In this document: positions 10,337 to 20,583 of the stretch, piece after piece
Numbering within the stretch: position 1 is the stretch's first letter
Layout of the letters: every line of letters begins with the position of its first letter
DNA from: an uncultured Bacteroides sp.
GTDB taxonomy: Bacteria > Bacteroidota > Bacteroidia > Bacteroidales > Bacteroidaceae
NCBI GenBank assembly: GCA_963677095.1
Contig: OY781875.1
Span: forward strand, 1,189,586-1,253,585
DNA: 64,000 nt
Direction of reading: 5' to 3'
Made by a program: the position numbers and the translations under genes
Notes under the pieces: generated by a model
Seen by the model: only the letters and a program-made list of their open reading frames with translations
Database searches by the model: none
What the model was told of the DNA's origin: nothing

Positions 10337-10677
10337 AACGGTTTTAACACATTTATTAATTAAGCAAAACTTCTACATTTGCAAATTTGGCAATCTTATT
10401 TCAAAAAAACAAATGTATTTTTTACTTGTGTTTCTCAAAAAAACAATAAATGATTTAGTTTCAAACACTTAACTTGTAATTGTTGAATATGTATTATCGA
10501 AGTGCTCTTGTTTTATTGTAATGGTTTGATAAACAGAATGATATGTGTGCTTTACTAAGATCATGCTATTATTAGATGACTTAGGCAAAATGTGCTCATT
10601 TTAGTTATATATGGATACATTGCGCTTATTTCTTATTGCGCTGGTTATTTAGACTAAATCTATATAATAAACAGATT

Positions 10678-11571
10678 TTATTTATTTTTTTTGCCAAATA
10701 ATGAGAAGTGGACATAGCGTTTTGGGTTGGATTTTAAATCTTCCAAAAGGTTTGCCGCATTGATCGATGTGGTATTTAAATTTTGGTATAAAGACGGATC
10801 GTTTAATAAGAGACCGATCGTATTATCTTTTCGGTTTAGATTGTCTGTAATCATTTTTACGTTAGCCAAAGTCGAATCAATTTTAGCAAATGTGGAGTTA
10901 TAATCAATCTCTTTTATATTATTGCTCACTGTTACAAAATTGTCACCGATAACATTCATTTTCTTTGTGAATTGTGGAATATCAGTGCTCATTAAGTATT
11001 TCAATTGACGGCTCGTTACTTCCATATCGGCCATTGAACGTTGCATGCTGTGCAATGTTGTCGGAATTGCAGGGTCTGCTAAAATAGTATTAAGTGAAGC
11101 CAGAATGGAGTCTAATTTTGGGAGTATTTTTTCCACTTGTGGCATCATGGAAGCAACTTTATCCATCATTCCATTATTGATATTTCCTTGAATGGTGTCG
11201 CCCGGATGGCATTTTTGTCTGGGATTGTTTGCAAGCAGAAGGTTTATTTTTACTGTTCCCATTAACTCTGTAGCTAATTCAGCTGTACTGCCGAACGGAA
11301 TGCGAAGCTCCGGATCAACATCTATTTCTGCAATAACCTTACGAGTTTGTGAATAATCATAATAAAGGTTGCGGACTATACCTACGCGATATCCGTCAGC
11401 GAATATAGGACTTGATTTCGTCAACCCATTGATATTCTCAAACTTAATATAGTAGTAGTTGCTAGGCTTAAATAGGTCTATTCCCTTTAAATAATTGATG
11501 CCATAAATTAGTACGAAAAGGGCTATTATCCCTGAGATTCCTATTTTGACTTCCTTAGTAAGATATTTCAT
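10678..11571 (-). CDS. MCE/MlaD-family protein
   Basis: N-terminal TM helix, GLTKSSPIFADGYRVGIV MCE motif, helical tail, NPKRYVHFSLF end. Confidence 0.88.
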   Translation of the reverse strand: MKYLTKEVKIGISGIIALFVLIYGINYLKGIDLFKPSNYYYIKFENINGLTKSSPIFADGYRVGIVRNLYYDYSQTRKVIAEIDVDPELRIPFGSTAELATELMGTVKINLLLANNPRQKCHPGDTIQGNINNGMMDKVASMMPQVEKILPKLDSILASLNTILADPAIPTTLHSMQRSMADMEVTSRQLKYLMSTDIPQFTKKMNVIGDNFVTVSNNIKEIDYNSTFAKIDSTLANVKMITDNLNRKDNTIGLLLNDPSLYQNLNTTSINAANLLEDLKSNPKRYVHFSLFGKKNK

Positions 11572-11592
11572 ATTGTTTTAGTCTTTGCTTGT

Positions 11593-12849
11593 TTATTTTC
11601 CTTTTTTAAATTCTGAGATAGCTTCATTTATATTCATCTTTTTTTCGTTTTTAAATGCTATAATGAAAGCGTCTTTAAAAAGAGATGAAATATCTCGTTT
11701 GGTTTTCAGTATGAGATTGTAATCTGTAGAGGCACCATAAGTGTATTTGAACAATCCGTTTTCTTGATAGCATTCCACATTTTCCAAACCTTTTAGTCTT
11801 TTGTCTTTAGGCAAAATGGATGAAGAAGAGGTTAGTATCTGTATCTTAAACACGGCTTTATCTTTATTGGTTTGCTCTATAGTCTCTTTATTTTCAATTA
11901 CTTCTGTTTTCTTTGTGATATTACTTCCTCTTTTTATTGATATGGGGGGGGCAGGCTCTTTTTCGCTAGAAGAGTCCGATACCGCTGTCGCGCTGTCGGA
12001 TAGTGGTGTTGGTCTCTCTACTTTTACTTCTTCCGGTAATATGGTGCGACTACTTCCGGTCAAGCGAATTTCATGATTGCGTTTGTAAGCGAGAAAGGCT
12101 CGGAATATGCCATTAGCCAGAGTATTACTTCCGGATTCAGAGTTAAGATATTCTTCTTCCTGAGGGGTGGAAATAAAACCTAATTCAACAAGGACACTTG
12201 GCATTGCACTGGCCTTTAATACAAGAAATCCGGCTTGATGTACTCCACGGTCGGCTCTCCGGCAAGTTTGTCTGAATTCCTTTTGTATCTGTGATGCAAA
12301 ATTTACACTTTGGGACATGTATTTGTCCTGCATAAATTCGAATATAATATATGACTCAGAGGAGTTGGGATTAAATCCTGCATATCTTGTTTTGTAGTCA
12401 CTTTCATATAGAATGACAGAGTTCTCTCTTTTCGCAACGGCCAGATTGGCTTCCGATTTAGCCAAACCTAAAGTCCAGGTAGATGCTCCTGTAGCACTTT
12501 TGCTCCCTGCAACAGAGTTGGTGTGAATTGATATGAATAAATCGGCTTTGGCATCATTGGCAATTTCAGCCCGTCGGTCGAGTGGAATAAATATATCTTT
12601 ATCTCGGGTATAAATCACTTTTACATCAGGACAATTTGCTTTGATTTCTTTGCCCAACTTAAGTGCAACGCTAAGATTGATATTCTTTTCTTTGGAAAAC
12701 TGGCCTATTGCGCCGGGGTCATGTCCTCCATGTCCTGCGTCAATAACGACAATAAAATCTTTTGCTTCAATGCTACTATTAATAAAGAGTAGAAACAGCA
12801 GCCCGAAGCAAAATTGGATATTCAATATGTATTGTTTATAGGACTTCAT
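11593..12849 (-). CDS. N-acetylmuramoyl-L-alanine amidase (Amidase_3)
   Basis: Motifs VIDAGHGGHDPGA, EKNINL, FISIHTN and SVLVELGF. Signal peptide. Confidence 0.95.
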   Translation of the reverse strand: MKSYKQYILNIQFCFGLLFLLFINSSIEAKDFIVVIDAGHGGHDPGAIGQFSKEKNINLSVALKLGKEIKANCPDVKVIYTRDKDIFIPLDRRAEIANDAKADLFISIHTNSVAGSKSATGASTWTLGLAKSEANLAVAKRENSVILYESDYKTRYAGFNPNSSESYIIFEFMQDKYMSQSVNFASQIQKEFRQTCRRADRGVHQAGFLVLKASAMPSVLVELGFISTPQEEEYLNSESGSNTLANGIFRAFLAYKRNHEIRLTGSSRTILPEEVKVERPTPLSDSATAVSDSSSEKEPAPPISIKRGSNITKKTEVIENKETIEQTNKDKAVFKIQILTSSSSILPKDKRLKGLENVECYQENGLFKYTYGASTDYNLILKTKRDISSLFKDAFIIAFKNEKKMNINEAISEFKKGK

Positions 12850-12993
12850 CTTTTAAAAACAATGCAAATGTAGCTTATTTTTATAGAAAACCAGTATTTT
12901 ACATTTGGTTTTGTTACTTTTCCTTTGTGTTTGTGATTGATTTCTTCAAATACGAACTAACTTTGTGCGTCGATAAACAATTCAGAGTTAGGG

Positions 12994-13965
12994 ATGTTAA
13001 TTCGTTTTTTTAAGAACTGGACACTGCCTTTGGCTATGCTGTCGGGAGCAGTGGGTTATTTTATATTTGCAGATATTTCATTTTTATCATCTGCCAAACC
13101 ATTCGTCAATGATTTAATAGCATATCTCACTCCTTTTCTCATCTTTGCTCAACTATTGCTGACTTTTTGTAAGGTTGAACGCTTGACGGAATTGAAGCCA
13201 AAAATATGGCATGCCTGGTTATTGCTGTTTCAGATTATTACTTGTCTGACCGTAGCAGCTCTTTTGCTCTATTGTCCAATGGATGAAGTTTATCGTGAAG
13301 TCTTTGAGGGAGCAATGGTTTGTTTGATATGCCCCACTGCTACAGCTGCAGCTGTTATTACGGGCAAGTTGGGAGGTAGTGCTTCTACCTTGACTACTTA
13401 TACCTTATTATCCAATTTATTAGCGGCAATTGTTGTACCTATTGTTTTCCCTCTCGTCGAGCCACACGCCGGAATTACTTTCTTCTCTGCTTTCTTAAAG
13501 ATATTAAGCAAGGTGTTTCCATTATTACTTCTTCCTTTTTTTCTTGCCTGGTTCTTAAAATTGTATTTACCTAAAGTCCATCGGTTTTTGTTGAGCTTTC
13601 ATGATCTGGCGTTTTATCTTTGGGGAGTTGCTTTGGCTATAGTATCCGGTCAGACCATACGGTCTTTGGTTAATAGTGATGCTCCGGGTTTTGTACAAGC
13701 TCTTATAGCAATTGCCGGTTTACTGACTTGCGTTCTTCAGTTCTTTTTGGGAAAGAATATAGGTGCCCATTATAAGGAACGTATTAGTGGGGGACAAGCT
13801 TTAGGACAAAAGAATACGGTACTTGCTATTTGGATGGCTTATACTTATTTAAATCCTCTGTCTTCTGTGGGACCTGGTTCGTATGTGCTGTGGCAAAATC
13901 TTATAAACAGTTGGCAACTGTGGAAAAAAAGGAAAAAAGAAGATTGTATTTGTAATACTAAATAA
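12994..13965 (+). CDS. Bile acid:sodium symporter (BASS) family transporter
   Basis: About 9-10 hydrophobic segments. Motifs CPTATAAAV and GQKNTVLAIW. Confidence 0.8.
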   Translation: MLIRFFKNWTLPLAMLSGAVGYFIFADISFLSSAKPFVNDLIAYLTPFLIFAQLLLTFCKVERLTELKPKIWHAWLLLFQIITCLTVAALLLYCPMDEVYREVFEGAMVCLICPTATAAAVITGKLGGSASTLTTYTLLSNLLAAIVVPIVFPLVEPHAGITFFSAFLKILSKVFPLLLLPFFLAWFLKLYLPKVHRFLLSFHDLAFYLWGVALAIVSGQTIRSLVNSDAPGFVQALIAIAGLLTCVLQFFLGKNIGAHYKERISGGQALGQKNTVLAIWMAYTYLNPLSSVGPGSYVLWQNLINSWQLWKKRKKEDCICNTK

Positions 13966-14213
13966 TGATTCGTTGAAAATCAACTTTATAGGTAACATCT
14001 ATTGTTATTAAGACTAACGATTATTCTTATTTTTGCTTTGGAATCGTTGTTTCAAAGCAACTCATATAAGTCTTGGGTAGATGTCTGTTTTGAGACAAAT
14101 AGGGTGTATGTTTGAAAACCATTTATTCAAGTATTCCCCCTAAAATTATACCTTTCTGAATTTAATAAGAATTTTATTGTACTTTTGGCGTTGAAAACTA
14201 ATGCAAGGATTGA

Positions 14214-14750
14214 ATGTCACCTGATAAAATTATAAATAAATATTATTCAGAAGAAAATGAACTAAAACATATACTGTTAGTACACAGTAGATTAGTCGTA
14301 GAAAAGGCTTTGTGGGTGGCTGACCGTCATCCGGAATTGAATTTGGATAAAGGCTTTCTGTTTGAGGCGGGTATGCTACATGATATAGGCATTTTTATGA
14401 CAAAGGCTCCGGGTATATATTGCTTCGGAGAACATCCATATATCTGTCATGGCTATCTTGGGGCGGACTTAATTCGCCAAGAAGGTTTTCCCCGTCATGC
14501 TTTGGTTTGCGAAAGACATACTGGTGCAGGACTTTCGTTAGAGGACATTATTACGCAGCAACTACCTGTTCCTCATCGTGAGATGCTCCCTATCAGTTTG
14601 GAAGAGCAAGTAATATGTTTTGCTGATAAATTTTATTCTAAAACTCACCTTGAAGAAGAAAGAAATTTAGTTAAAATAGAAAAAAGCTTAATGCACTTTG
14701 GCGAAGCCGGAGTGCAGCGATTTGAGCATTGGTGCAAACTGTTTATGTAG
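14214..14750 (+). CDS. HD-domain (HDIG) phosphohydrolase
   Basis: Motifs HSRLV, GMLHDIG, HGYLGA, ERHTG and ICFADKFYS. TACTTTTG box at 14180-14187. Confidence 0.88.
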   Translation: MSPDKIINKYYSEENELKHILLVHSRLVVEKALWVADRHPELNLDKGFLFEAGMLHDIGIFMTKAPGIYCFGEHPYICHGYLGADLIRQEGFPRHALVCERHTGAGLSLEDIITQQLPVPHREMLPISLEEQVICFADKFYSKTHLEEERNLVKIEKSLMHFGEAGVQRFEHWCKLFM

Positions 14751-14826
14751 CATTCTAAATTTCTTTAAAATGGGGATTTATACGTATAAATTATGTACTT
14801 TTGCGCTTTCAAGCGGTAACTTTTAG

Positions 14827-17607
14827 TTGATAACGCCATTGAAAGCAAGTAGATTCATATCATTCATATTACTGTTCGTCTTGTTGGTACTGTGCGGTGA
14901 AGCTGTTTCGCAGCGTCGACGTGGGAAAATGTCTCTACCAACCAATAGTGCACAAGCCGATACTGTTAACAAAGGAGCTCGTTTATCGGACAAGACATAC
15001 TCCGGTAATGATTCATTGAGAAACAGAAATGATTCTCTGCGTTCCGATTCTTTAAAACTGAAAAAGAAACAACCGCTTGAGGCCCCCGTTAAATATGAGG
15101 CGAACGACTCTATTTCCTTTGAACAGGGGGGCTATGCCCATCTTTATGGTGCCGGCAAAGTAAACTATCAGCAAATAGAACTCGCAGCAGATGTGATTAC
15201 TATGAACATGGATAGTAGTACCGTCTATGCACACGGTGTACCTGATTCTGTCGGTACCCTAAAAGGTACTCCTGTTTTTAAAGACGGTGAAACTCCTTAC
15301 GAAACAAATACCATCCGCTATAACTTTAAAAGTAAAAAAGGTATTATCAGTAACGTTGTTACCCAACAAGGTGAAGGATATGTAACTGGAAATAATGCAA
15401 AGAAAGGATCGGAGGATGAACTGTATATGAAAGGCGGACGCTATACCACTTGTGACCACCATGACCATCCTCACTTTTATATGCAAATGACTTATGCGAA
15501 AGTTCGTCCTAAAAAAAATGTAGTGGCGGGTCCTGCTTATTTAGTAGTGGAAGATGTGCCGTTGCCGATTGCCGTACCCTTTTTCTTTTTTCCTTTTTCA
15601 AGTAGCTATTCCTCCGGATTTATCATGCCTACTTATATGGATGATTCCAATCGTGGTTTTGGTCTGACAGGTGGAGGTTACTACTTTGCCATTAGCGATA
15701 GAATGGATCTTAAATTATATGGAGATGTTTTTACGCAAGGTTCGTGGGCTTTGAATGCTGAAACAAATTATAATAGGCGTTACAAATACTCCGGTCTGTT
15801 TCAGGGAAGTTATCAGGTAACCAAAACCGGCGATAAGGGAATTGATCAAACTATTGCCAAAGATTTTAAGATTGTATGGTCTCATCGGCAAGATGCTAAA
15901 GCCAATCCCAATACAACATTTTCTGCAAGTGTAAATTTCTCGTCTAGCAGTTATGAGAAAACAAACATCGGCAATTTGTATAATGCTCAGGCTATGAGTC
16001 AAAATACGAAAACATCCAGTATCAGTTATTCTCGTAACTTCCCCGACCAGAAGTTGACAATTTCGGGAACGACAAATATAGCACAGACGATGAGAGACTC
16101 TTCCATTGCTGTTACCTTGCCGGATTTGAATATAACCCTGAGTACGATATTTCCTTTTAAACGGAAACATCCCATAGGTAATGAACGTTGGTATGAAAAG
16201 ATCTCATTACGTTATAATGGTCGTTTCACCAATAGCATTACAACGAAAGATAATCTCTTGTTTAAGTCCAATTTGGTTAAAGACTGGCAGAATGGAATGA
16301 AACATGAGGTTCCTATTAGTGCCACTTTCACACTCTTCAAATACTTCAATCTAACCCCTTCCGTCAATTATACGGAGCGTTGGTATACGCGTAAAGTAAT
16401 GAAAGGCTGGGATGATGAGAAGAGTAGGGAGATTAATACGGATACCGTTTTTGGTTTTCACCGGGTGTATAACTACAGTGCCAGTTTAGGACTCAGCACT
16501 AAAATTTATGGTATGTATAAACCCATGTTTGCCAAGAAAAAAGAAATACAGATTCGTCATGTCATCACTCCCACAGTAAGTCTTAGCGCAACGCCGGATT
16601 TTGGAGCATCCAAATATGGTTATTATGACTCTTACATCAAGAAAAATACGGATGGCACTCGCGATACTGTAGTTTATTCACCTTATGCAAACCAAATGTT
16701 TGGTGTTCCCGGGCAAGGGCGTTCGGGGAGTATCAATTTTGATGTGTCCAACAACATTGAAGCAAAGTATAAGGATAAAAATGATTCTATCCGTAAAGTG
16801 AGTATCATAGATGAACTGGGTGGAAGTATTTCTTATAATACAGCAGCTACTGTCCGTCCATGGGGTGACTTGTCGTTACGTTTGCGCTTGAAGCTGTCGA
16901 AAAGTTATACATTCAGTATGAGCTCCAGCTTTGCGACTTATGCATATACTTTCGATAATAAGGGAAATGTAGTGGTTGGTGATCGGACGGAATGGTCGTA
17001 TGGGCGATTCGGTCGATTCCAAGGTTATAGTTCTTCTTTCAGTAAGACATTCAATAATGACACATGGAAGAAACTGATGGCATTCTTGAGAGGAGAAAGT
17101 GTAGATAAGGAAAAAGAAAAAGACGGCAAACAACAAGGCACAGAAGAGAATACGCAGAACACTGCTGATGCAAATCAGGGAGTCACTAAAAAGAAAACAG
17201 AGAAAGCTCAATCCGACGCCGATGGATATCAGGTGTTTAAGATGCCTTGGTCTTTGAATTTGAATTATGGATTCTCCATATCCGAAGATCGCTCTAAACC
17301 TATTAATCGCCAGAGCATGCGTTATCCTTATAAATATACTCAGAACCTGAGTGCCTCAGGTAATATTAAACTTTCAAATAAGTGGTCGGTAAGTTTTAAT
17401 TCGGGCTATGATTTTGATGCTAAAAAGATTGTTCAAACGGCTCTCAATATAAGCCGCGATTTGCACTGCTTTAATATGTCTGCAAGCCTTTCTCCGTTTG
17501 GAGTGTATAAATACTATAACTTCACGATACGCGCTAATGCAAGTGTGTTGCAGGATTTGAAATGGGAGCAAAGAAGCCAAACGCAAAGTAATATTCAGTG
17601 GTATTAA
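14827..17607 (+). CDS. Putative LPS-assembly outer-membrane protein (LptD-like)
   Basis: Signal peptide, OstA-like beta-rich N-domain, YTTCD motif, long beta-barrel pattern, RDLHC near the C-terminus. TACTTTTG box at 14796-14803. Confidence 0.8.
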   Translation: MITPLKASRFISFILLFVLLVLCGEAVSQRRRGKMSLPTNSAQADTVNKGARLSDKTYSGNDSLRNRNDSLRSDSLKLKKKQPLEAPVKYEANDSISFEQGGYAHLYGAGKVNYQQIELAADVITMNMDSSTVYAHGVPDSVGTLKGTPVFKDGETPYETNTIRYNFKSKKGIISNVVTQQGEGYVTGNNAKKGSEDELYMKGGRYTTCDHHDHPHFYMQMTYAKVRPKKNVVAGPAYLVVEDVPLPIAVPFFFFPFSSSYSSGFIMPTYMDDSNRGFGLTGGGYYFAISDRMDLKLYGDVFTQGSWALNAETNYNRRYKYSGLFQGSYQVTKTGDKGIDQTIAKDFKIVWSHRQDAKANPNTTFSASVNFSSSSYEKTNIGNLYNAQAMSQNTKTSSISYSRNFPDQKLTISGTTNIAQTMRDSSIAVTLPDLNITLSTIFPFKRKHPIGNERWYEKISLRYNGRFTNSITTKDNLLFKSNLVKDWQNGMKHEVPISATFTLFKYFNLTPSVNYTERWYTRKVMKGWDDEKSREINTDTVFGFHRVYNYSASLGLSTKIYGMYKPMFAKKKEIQIRHVITPTVSLSATPDFGASKYGYYDSYIKKNTDGTRDTVVYSPYANQMFGVPGQGRSGSINFDVSNNIEAKYKDKNDSIRKVSIIDELGGSISYNTAATVRPWGDLSLRLRLKLSKSYTFSMSSSFATYAYTFDNKGNVVVGDRTEWSYGRFGRFQGYSSSFSKTFNNDTWKKLMAFLRGESVDKEKEKDGKQQGTEENTQNTADANQGVTKKKTEKAQSDADGYQVFKMPWSLNLNYGFSISEDRSKPINRQSMRYPYKYTQNLSASGNIKLSNKWSVSFNSGYDFDAKKIVQTALNISRDLHCFNMSASLSPFGVYKYYNFTIRANASVLQDLKWEQRSQTQSNIQWY

Positions 17608-17619
17608 TCATTCGGATAA

Positions 17620-18282
17620 TTACCAAATAATTTCTGCTTCTTCGTGTGCCTTTAAATAAGCATTTGTTTGACTAAAGTGCTTGTTTCCAAAAAAACCATT
17701 GTACGCAGACAAGGGTGACGGATGGGCAGAGCTTAATATCAGATGTTTTTTGCGATCAATGAATGCACCCTTCTTTTGTGCATATGATCCCCAAAGAATA
17801 AAAACGAGATGCTCCCGTTGTTCTGCCAGAATGCGGATTGCTGCGTCGGTAAATGTTTCCCAACCTTTATTTTGATGCGAGCCGGCTTGATGAGCTCTTA
17901 CAGTAAGCGTGGCATTCAGAAGCAAAACCCCTTGTTTGGCCCATCGCGTGAGATTACCAGTGGCTGGAGCATCGGTGCCGATATCATTCTTTATTTCCTT
18001 AAATATGTTTACCAGAGAAGGTGGAAAGGGTACGCCATCATTTACAGAAAAGCAAAGTCCATGTGCTTGTCCGGGTCCATGGTATGGATCTTGCCCAATG
18101 ATGACTACCTTAACTTGATTAAAGGGACAAAGATTGAAAGCATTGAATATTAGTTTACCCGGGGGATACACGGGAGTACGTTTATATTCTTCACGTACAA
18201 AATTTGTCAAAGTACAAAAATAATCTTTATCAAACTCTGTTTGGAGGCGGGTTTTCCAACTTTCCTCAATCTGAACATCCAT
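17620..18282 (-). CDS. ung: Uracil-DNA glycosylase
   Basis: Motifs GQDPYH, PPSLVNI, GVLLLN and HPSPLS. Start at MDVQIEESW (ATG at 18294 is an alternative). Confidence 0.97.
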   Translation of the reverse strand: MDVQIEESWKTRLQTEFDKDYFCTLTNFVREEYKRTPVYPPGKLIFNAFNLCPFNQVKVVIIGQDPYHGPGQAHGLCFSVNDGVPFPPSLVNIFKEIKNDIGTDAPATGNLTRWAKQGVLLLNATLTVRAHQAGSHQNKGWETFTDAAIRILAEQREHLVFILWGSYAQKKGAFIDRKKHLILSSAHPSPLSAYNGFFGNKHFSQTNAYLKAHEEAEIIW

Positions 18283-18336
18283 GATTAATTCCATTTATTA
18301 TTCGGATGCTAAGATACACAAATTTATGGAAAGAAA

Positions 18337-18383
18337 AGATGTCAGTCACGAAGGTATTTTAAATTCTTTCGAGACTGACATTT
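18337..18383 (-). terminator. Probable terminator after asnA
   Basis: ATGTCAGTC / GACTGACAT stem with inner pairing. U-tract on the minus strand. Confidence 0.5.
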
Positions 18384-18427
18384 GATTATTAATAGATTTG
18401 TGTTTGTGTTAAATAACGATAGCGCTT

Positions 18428-19465
18428 TTAAATCAAGTAAATGTTGTTTGCTTTACATTCCCGACGCATTTCCTCCGGCCAAATACTTGCTTGTATTTCA
18501 CCAATATGAGCTTTACGCAAATAATACATACAGAGGCGTGATTGTCCTATTCCGCCACCGATTGACAAAGGAAGAGAATCTTCCATCAGACGCTTGTGGA
18601 AGTAGAGTTCTAACCGTTTTTCCTCATTTTCTAATTTTAGTTGGCGTTGCAGAGCTTCCTTATCGACTCTGATACCCATAGATGAGAGCTCGATACTTCG
18701 TTGTAGAACATCGTTCCATAATAATAGGTCACCGTTTAGTCCCGGTAGCCCGTTTAAGCTTTCAGAAGTATAATCGTCGTAGTCAGGAGCGCGTCCGTCA
18801 TGTTTCTTTCCATCTCCGAGTTTGCAGCCTATGCCGATGACAAATACTGCTCCATATTTTTTTGTAATGGCATTCTCTCGACACTTGGAGTCCATTTCCG
18901 GATATAGTTGTCTCAATTCTTCTGCATGGATAAAATGTAATTTGGCAGGAAGACAAGGCTTTATTTGCGGATACATTTCATATACCATATATTCTGTCCG
19001 AATCATAGCGGCATATATACGTGTGACAATATCTTTCAGAAAATCAACATTTCTATCTGCGTCCGTAATGACACGTTCCCAATCCCATTGGTCGACATAT
19101 AATGAATGGAAATTACCTAATTCTTCATCCGAACGGATGGCATTCATGTCGGTGTATATTCCATATCCTGGTTCAATTTGATACTCGGCTAAAGTTAGCC
19201 TTTTCCATTTAGCCAGTGAGTGTACAACTTCTGCCTGCATATCCCCTAAGTCTTTGATTGGAAATGTTACAGCACGCTCTACCCCATTCAAATCATCATT
19301 AATCCCCATTCCTTTAAGCACGAATAGGGGAGCTGTTACACGGCGTAAACGTAATTCGGAAGAAAGATTTAGTTGAAAGAACTCTTTGATCTGTTTTATT
19401 CCCAGTTCTGTTTGTTTTAAGTCCAACAAAGGTTTATAACCTTCTGGTTTTAGTAAATAACTCAT
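18428..19465 (-). CDS. asnA: Aspartate--ammonia ligase
   Basis: Motifs EVVHSLAKWKR, SLYVDQWDWE, DGRAPDYDD and SIGGGIGQSR. True start MSYLLKP at 19465; the ORF-track extension to 19711 runs over promoter DNA. Confidence 0.96.
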   Translation of the reverse strand: MSYLLKPEGYKPLLDLKQTELGIKQIKEFFQLNLSSELRLRRVTAPLFVLKGMGINDDLNGVERAVTFPIKDLGDMQAEVVHSLAKWKRLTLAEYQIEPGYGIYTDMNAIRSDEELGNFHSLYVDQWDWERVITDADRNVDFLKDIVTRIYAAMIRTEYMVYEMYPQIKPCLPAKLHFIHAEELRQLYPEMDSKCRENAITKKYGAVFVIGIGCKLGDGKKHDGRAPDYDDYTSESLNGLPGLNGDLLLWNDVLQRSIELSSMGIRVDKEALQRQLKLENEEKRLELYFHKRLMEDSLPLSIGGGIGQSRLCMYYLRKAHIGEIQASIWPEEMRRECKANNIYLI

Positions 19466-19750
19466 ATATTGTTTTATCTTTTGTTTGGCAAATATAGAAA
19501 TAATATTTATAATAGCGTTACTTTTAATCGTGAAATAAAAACAAAATGATTGTAAATGAACCTTTATTTCTTTCAAATAATTATATTTCGAGCTATAATA
19601 TGCACTTATTGAAATGTGATATTCCTTTCTTTCTAAAATACATTTTATTGATGAGCAGATGTAGGAAGGAGCTTTGTAAGAATACGATAAAGGCAAATTG
19701 TATCTGAACAAAAAAAGATGAATTATTTAGGAATATGCATGGATTTTTTA

Positions 19751-19758
19751 TACTTTTG
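19751..19758 (+). promoter_or_regulatory. -7 promoter box for tRNA-Arg
   Basis: TACTTTTG 11 nt before the tRNA 5' end. Confidence 0.65.
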
Positions 19759-19769
19759 CGGCACATTTT

Positions 19770-19842
19770 GGCTCCGTAGCTTAGTGAATAGAGCGTCAGA
19801 TTCCGGTTCTGAAGGTCGTGAGTTTGAATCTCACCGGGGTCA
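19770..19842 (+). tRNA. tRNA-Arg(CCG), CCA not encoded
   Basis: Acceptor GGCTCCG/CGGGGTC. D stem GCTT/GAGC. Anticodon arm TCAGA-TTCCGGT-TCTGA. T arm GTGAG-TTTGAAT-CTCAC. Confidence 0.95.
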
Positions 19843-19850
19843 CATTTGAT

Positions 19851-19886
19851 AAAGTCTTGTAAGTGCAAACTTGCAAGACTTTTTTT
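19851..19886 (+). terminator. Intrinsic terminator after the tRNA
   Basis: AAAGTCTTGTAAGT-GCAA-ACTTGCAAGACTTT followed by a T run. Confidence 0.75.
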
Positions 19887-19949
19887 AAAGTATGAAAATT
19901 GATCATTAAAAAAGCATATCAGGTTATTAATATAATAAAAGATTATAAA

Positions 19950-20155
19950 ATGATGAAGCAGTTGACCGTGTTTTGCAGCTCAAGTTTTGGTACTGATCTT
20001 ATGATGATATGCTATCATTCGTAAAAACGATGGTCAATAGGTTTTATAGCTCAGCGATTCCAGGATATGTTGATTCATGATAGTCATATTCTCCGTTTGT
20101 TAAAGAGTATGAAAAATTTAAAGCACCTGTAGAAAAATGGATTGTCAGGAAATAG
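19950..20155 (+). pseudogene. LOG (TIGR00730-like) family remnant, internally deleted and frameshifted
   Basis: MMKQLTVFCSSSFGTD is joined directly to YDDMLSFVKTMVN / GFIAQRFQDML...SMKN / APVEKWI across frame changes. This resembles the LOG N- and C-termini by eye. Confidence 0.55.
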
Positions 20156-20158
20156 TGA

Positions 20159-20583
20159 ATGGGGAAAGGCTGGAAACTCAGTTATTTACAGCAGGGCTTA
20201 TTGCGGTTGAAAAAATATGTTACTTTTAGCTTTCAGCGACCATAAAAAAGCTTGGTATCTTCCTGGAGGGAAAATAGATAGAAATGAGACTTCTTTACAG
20301 GCTATAATGCGGAAAATAAAAGAGGAGTTGAATTATTGAATTAAATATTGATTTTTTGAAGTATTATTGTCATATTACTACCTCTGCTTATGGCGAAAAA
20401 GAGAATGTGGTAATGGAGCAAGATTGTTTTTTATATCAATTGACTGAGAAAATAGTTCCGGGCCATGAAATAAAAGCTGTTAAGTTTTTCAACTATGAAG
20501 AATATATATTGGGATCAGTGCAAGTTGCAGGCGTACTTAAAGTCTTTGATAAACTGAAACAAGATTATTTAATTGACTATTAG
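20159..20583 (+). pseudogene. NUDIX hydrolase pseudogene with two frameshifts
   Basis: TAGLIAVE /fs/ NMLLLAFSDHKKAWYLPGGKIDRNETSLQAIMRKIKEELN /fs/ IELNIDFLKYYCHITTSAYG...; the Nudix box is recognisable. Confidence 0.75.

Noticed and set aside
13966-14130. Possible further periodic or IS-end remnant (GCTTTGGAA/TTTCAAAGC hairpin, TTTTGAGACAA)
   Set aside because: The matches are too short and degenerate to distinguish from chance or an ordinary terminator.
19466-19868. 82-aa N-terminal extension of asnA and the 91-aa ORF 19593-19868
   Set aside because: They run across promoters and the antisense strand of the tRNA. Their composition is not protein-like.
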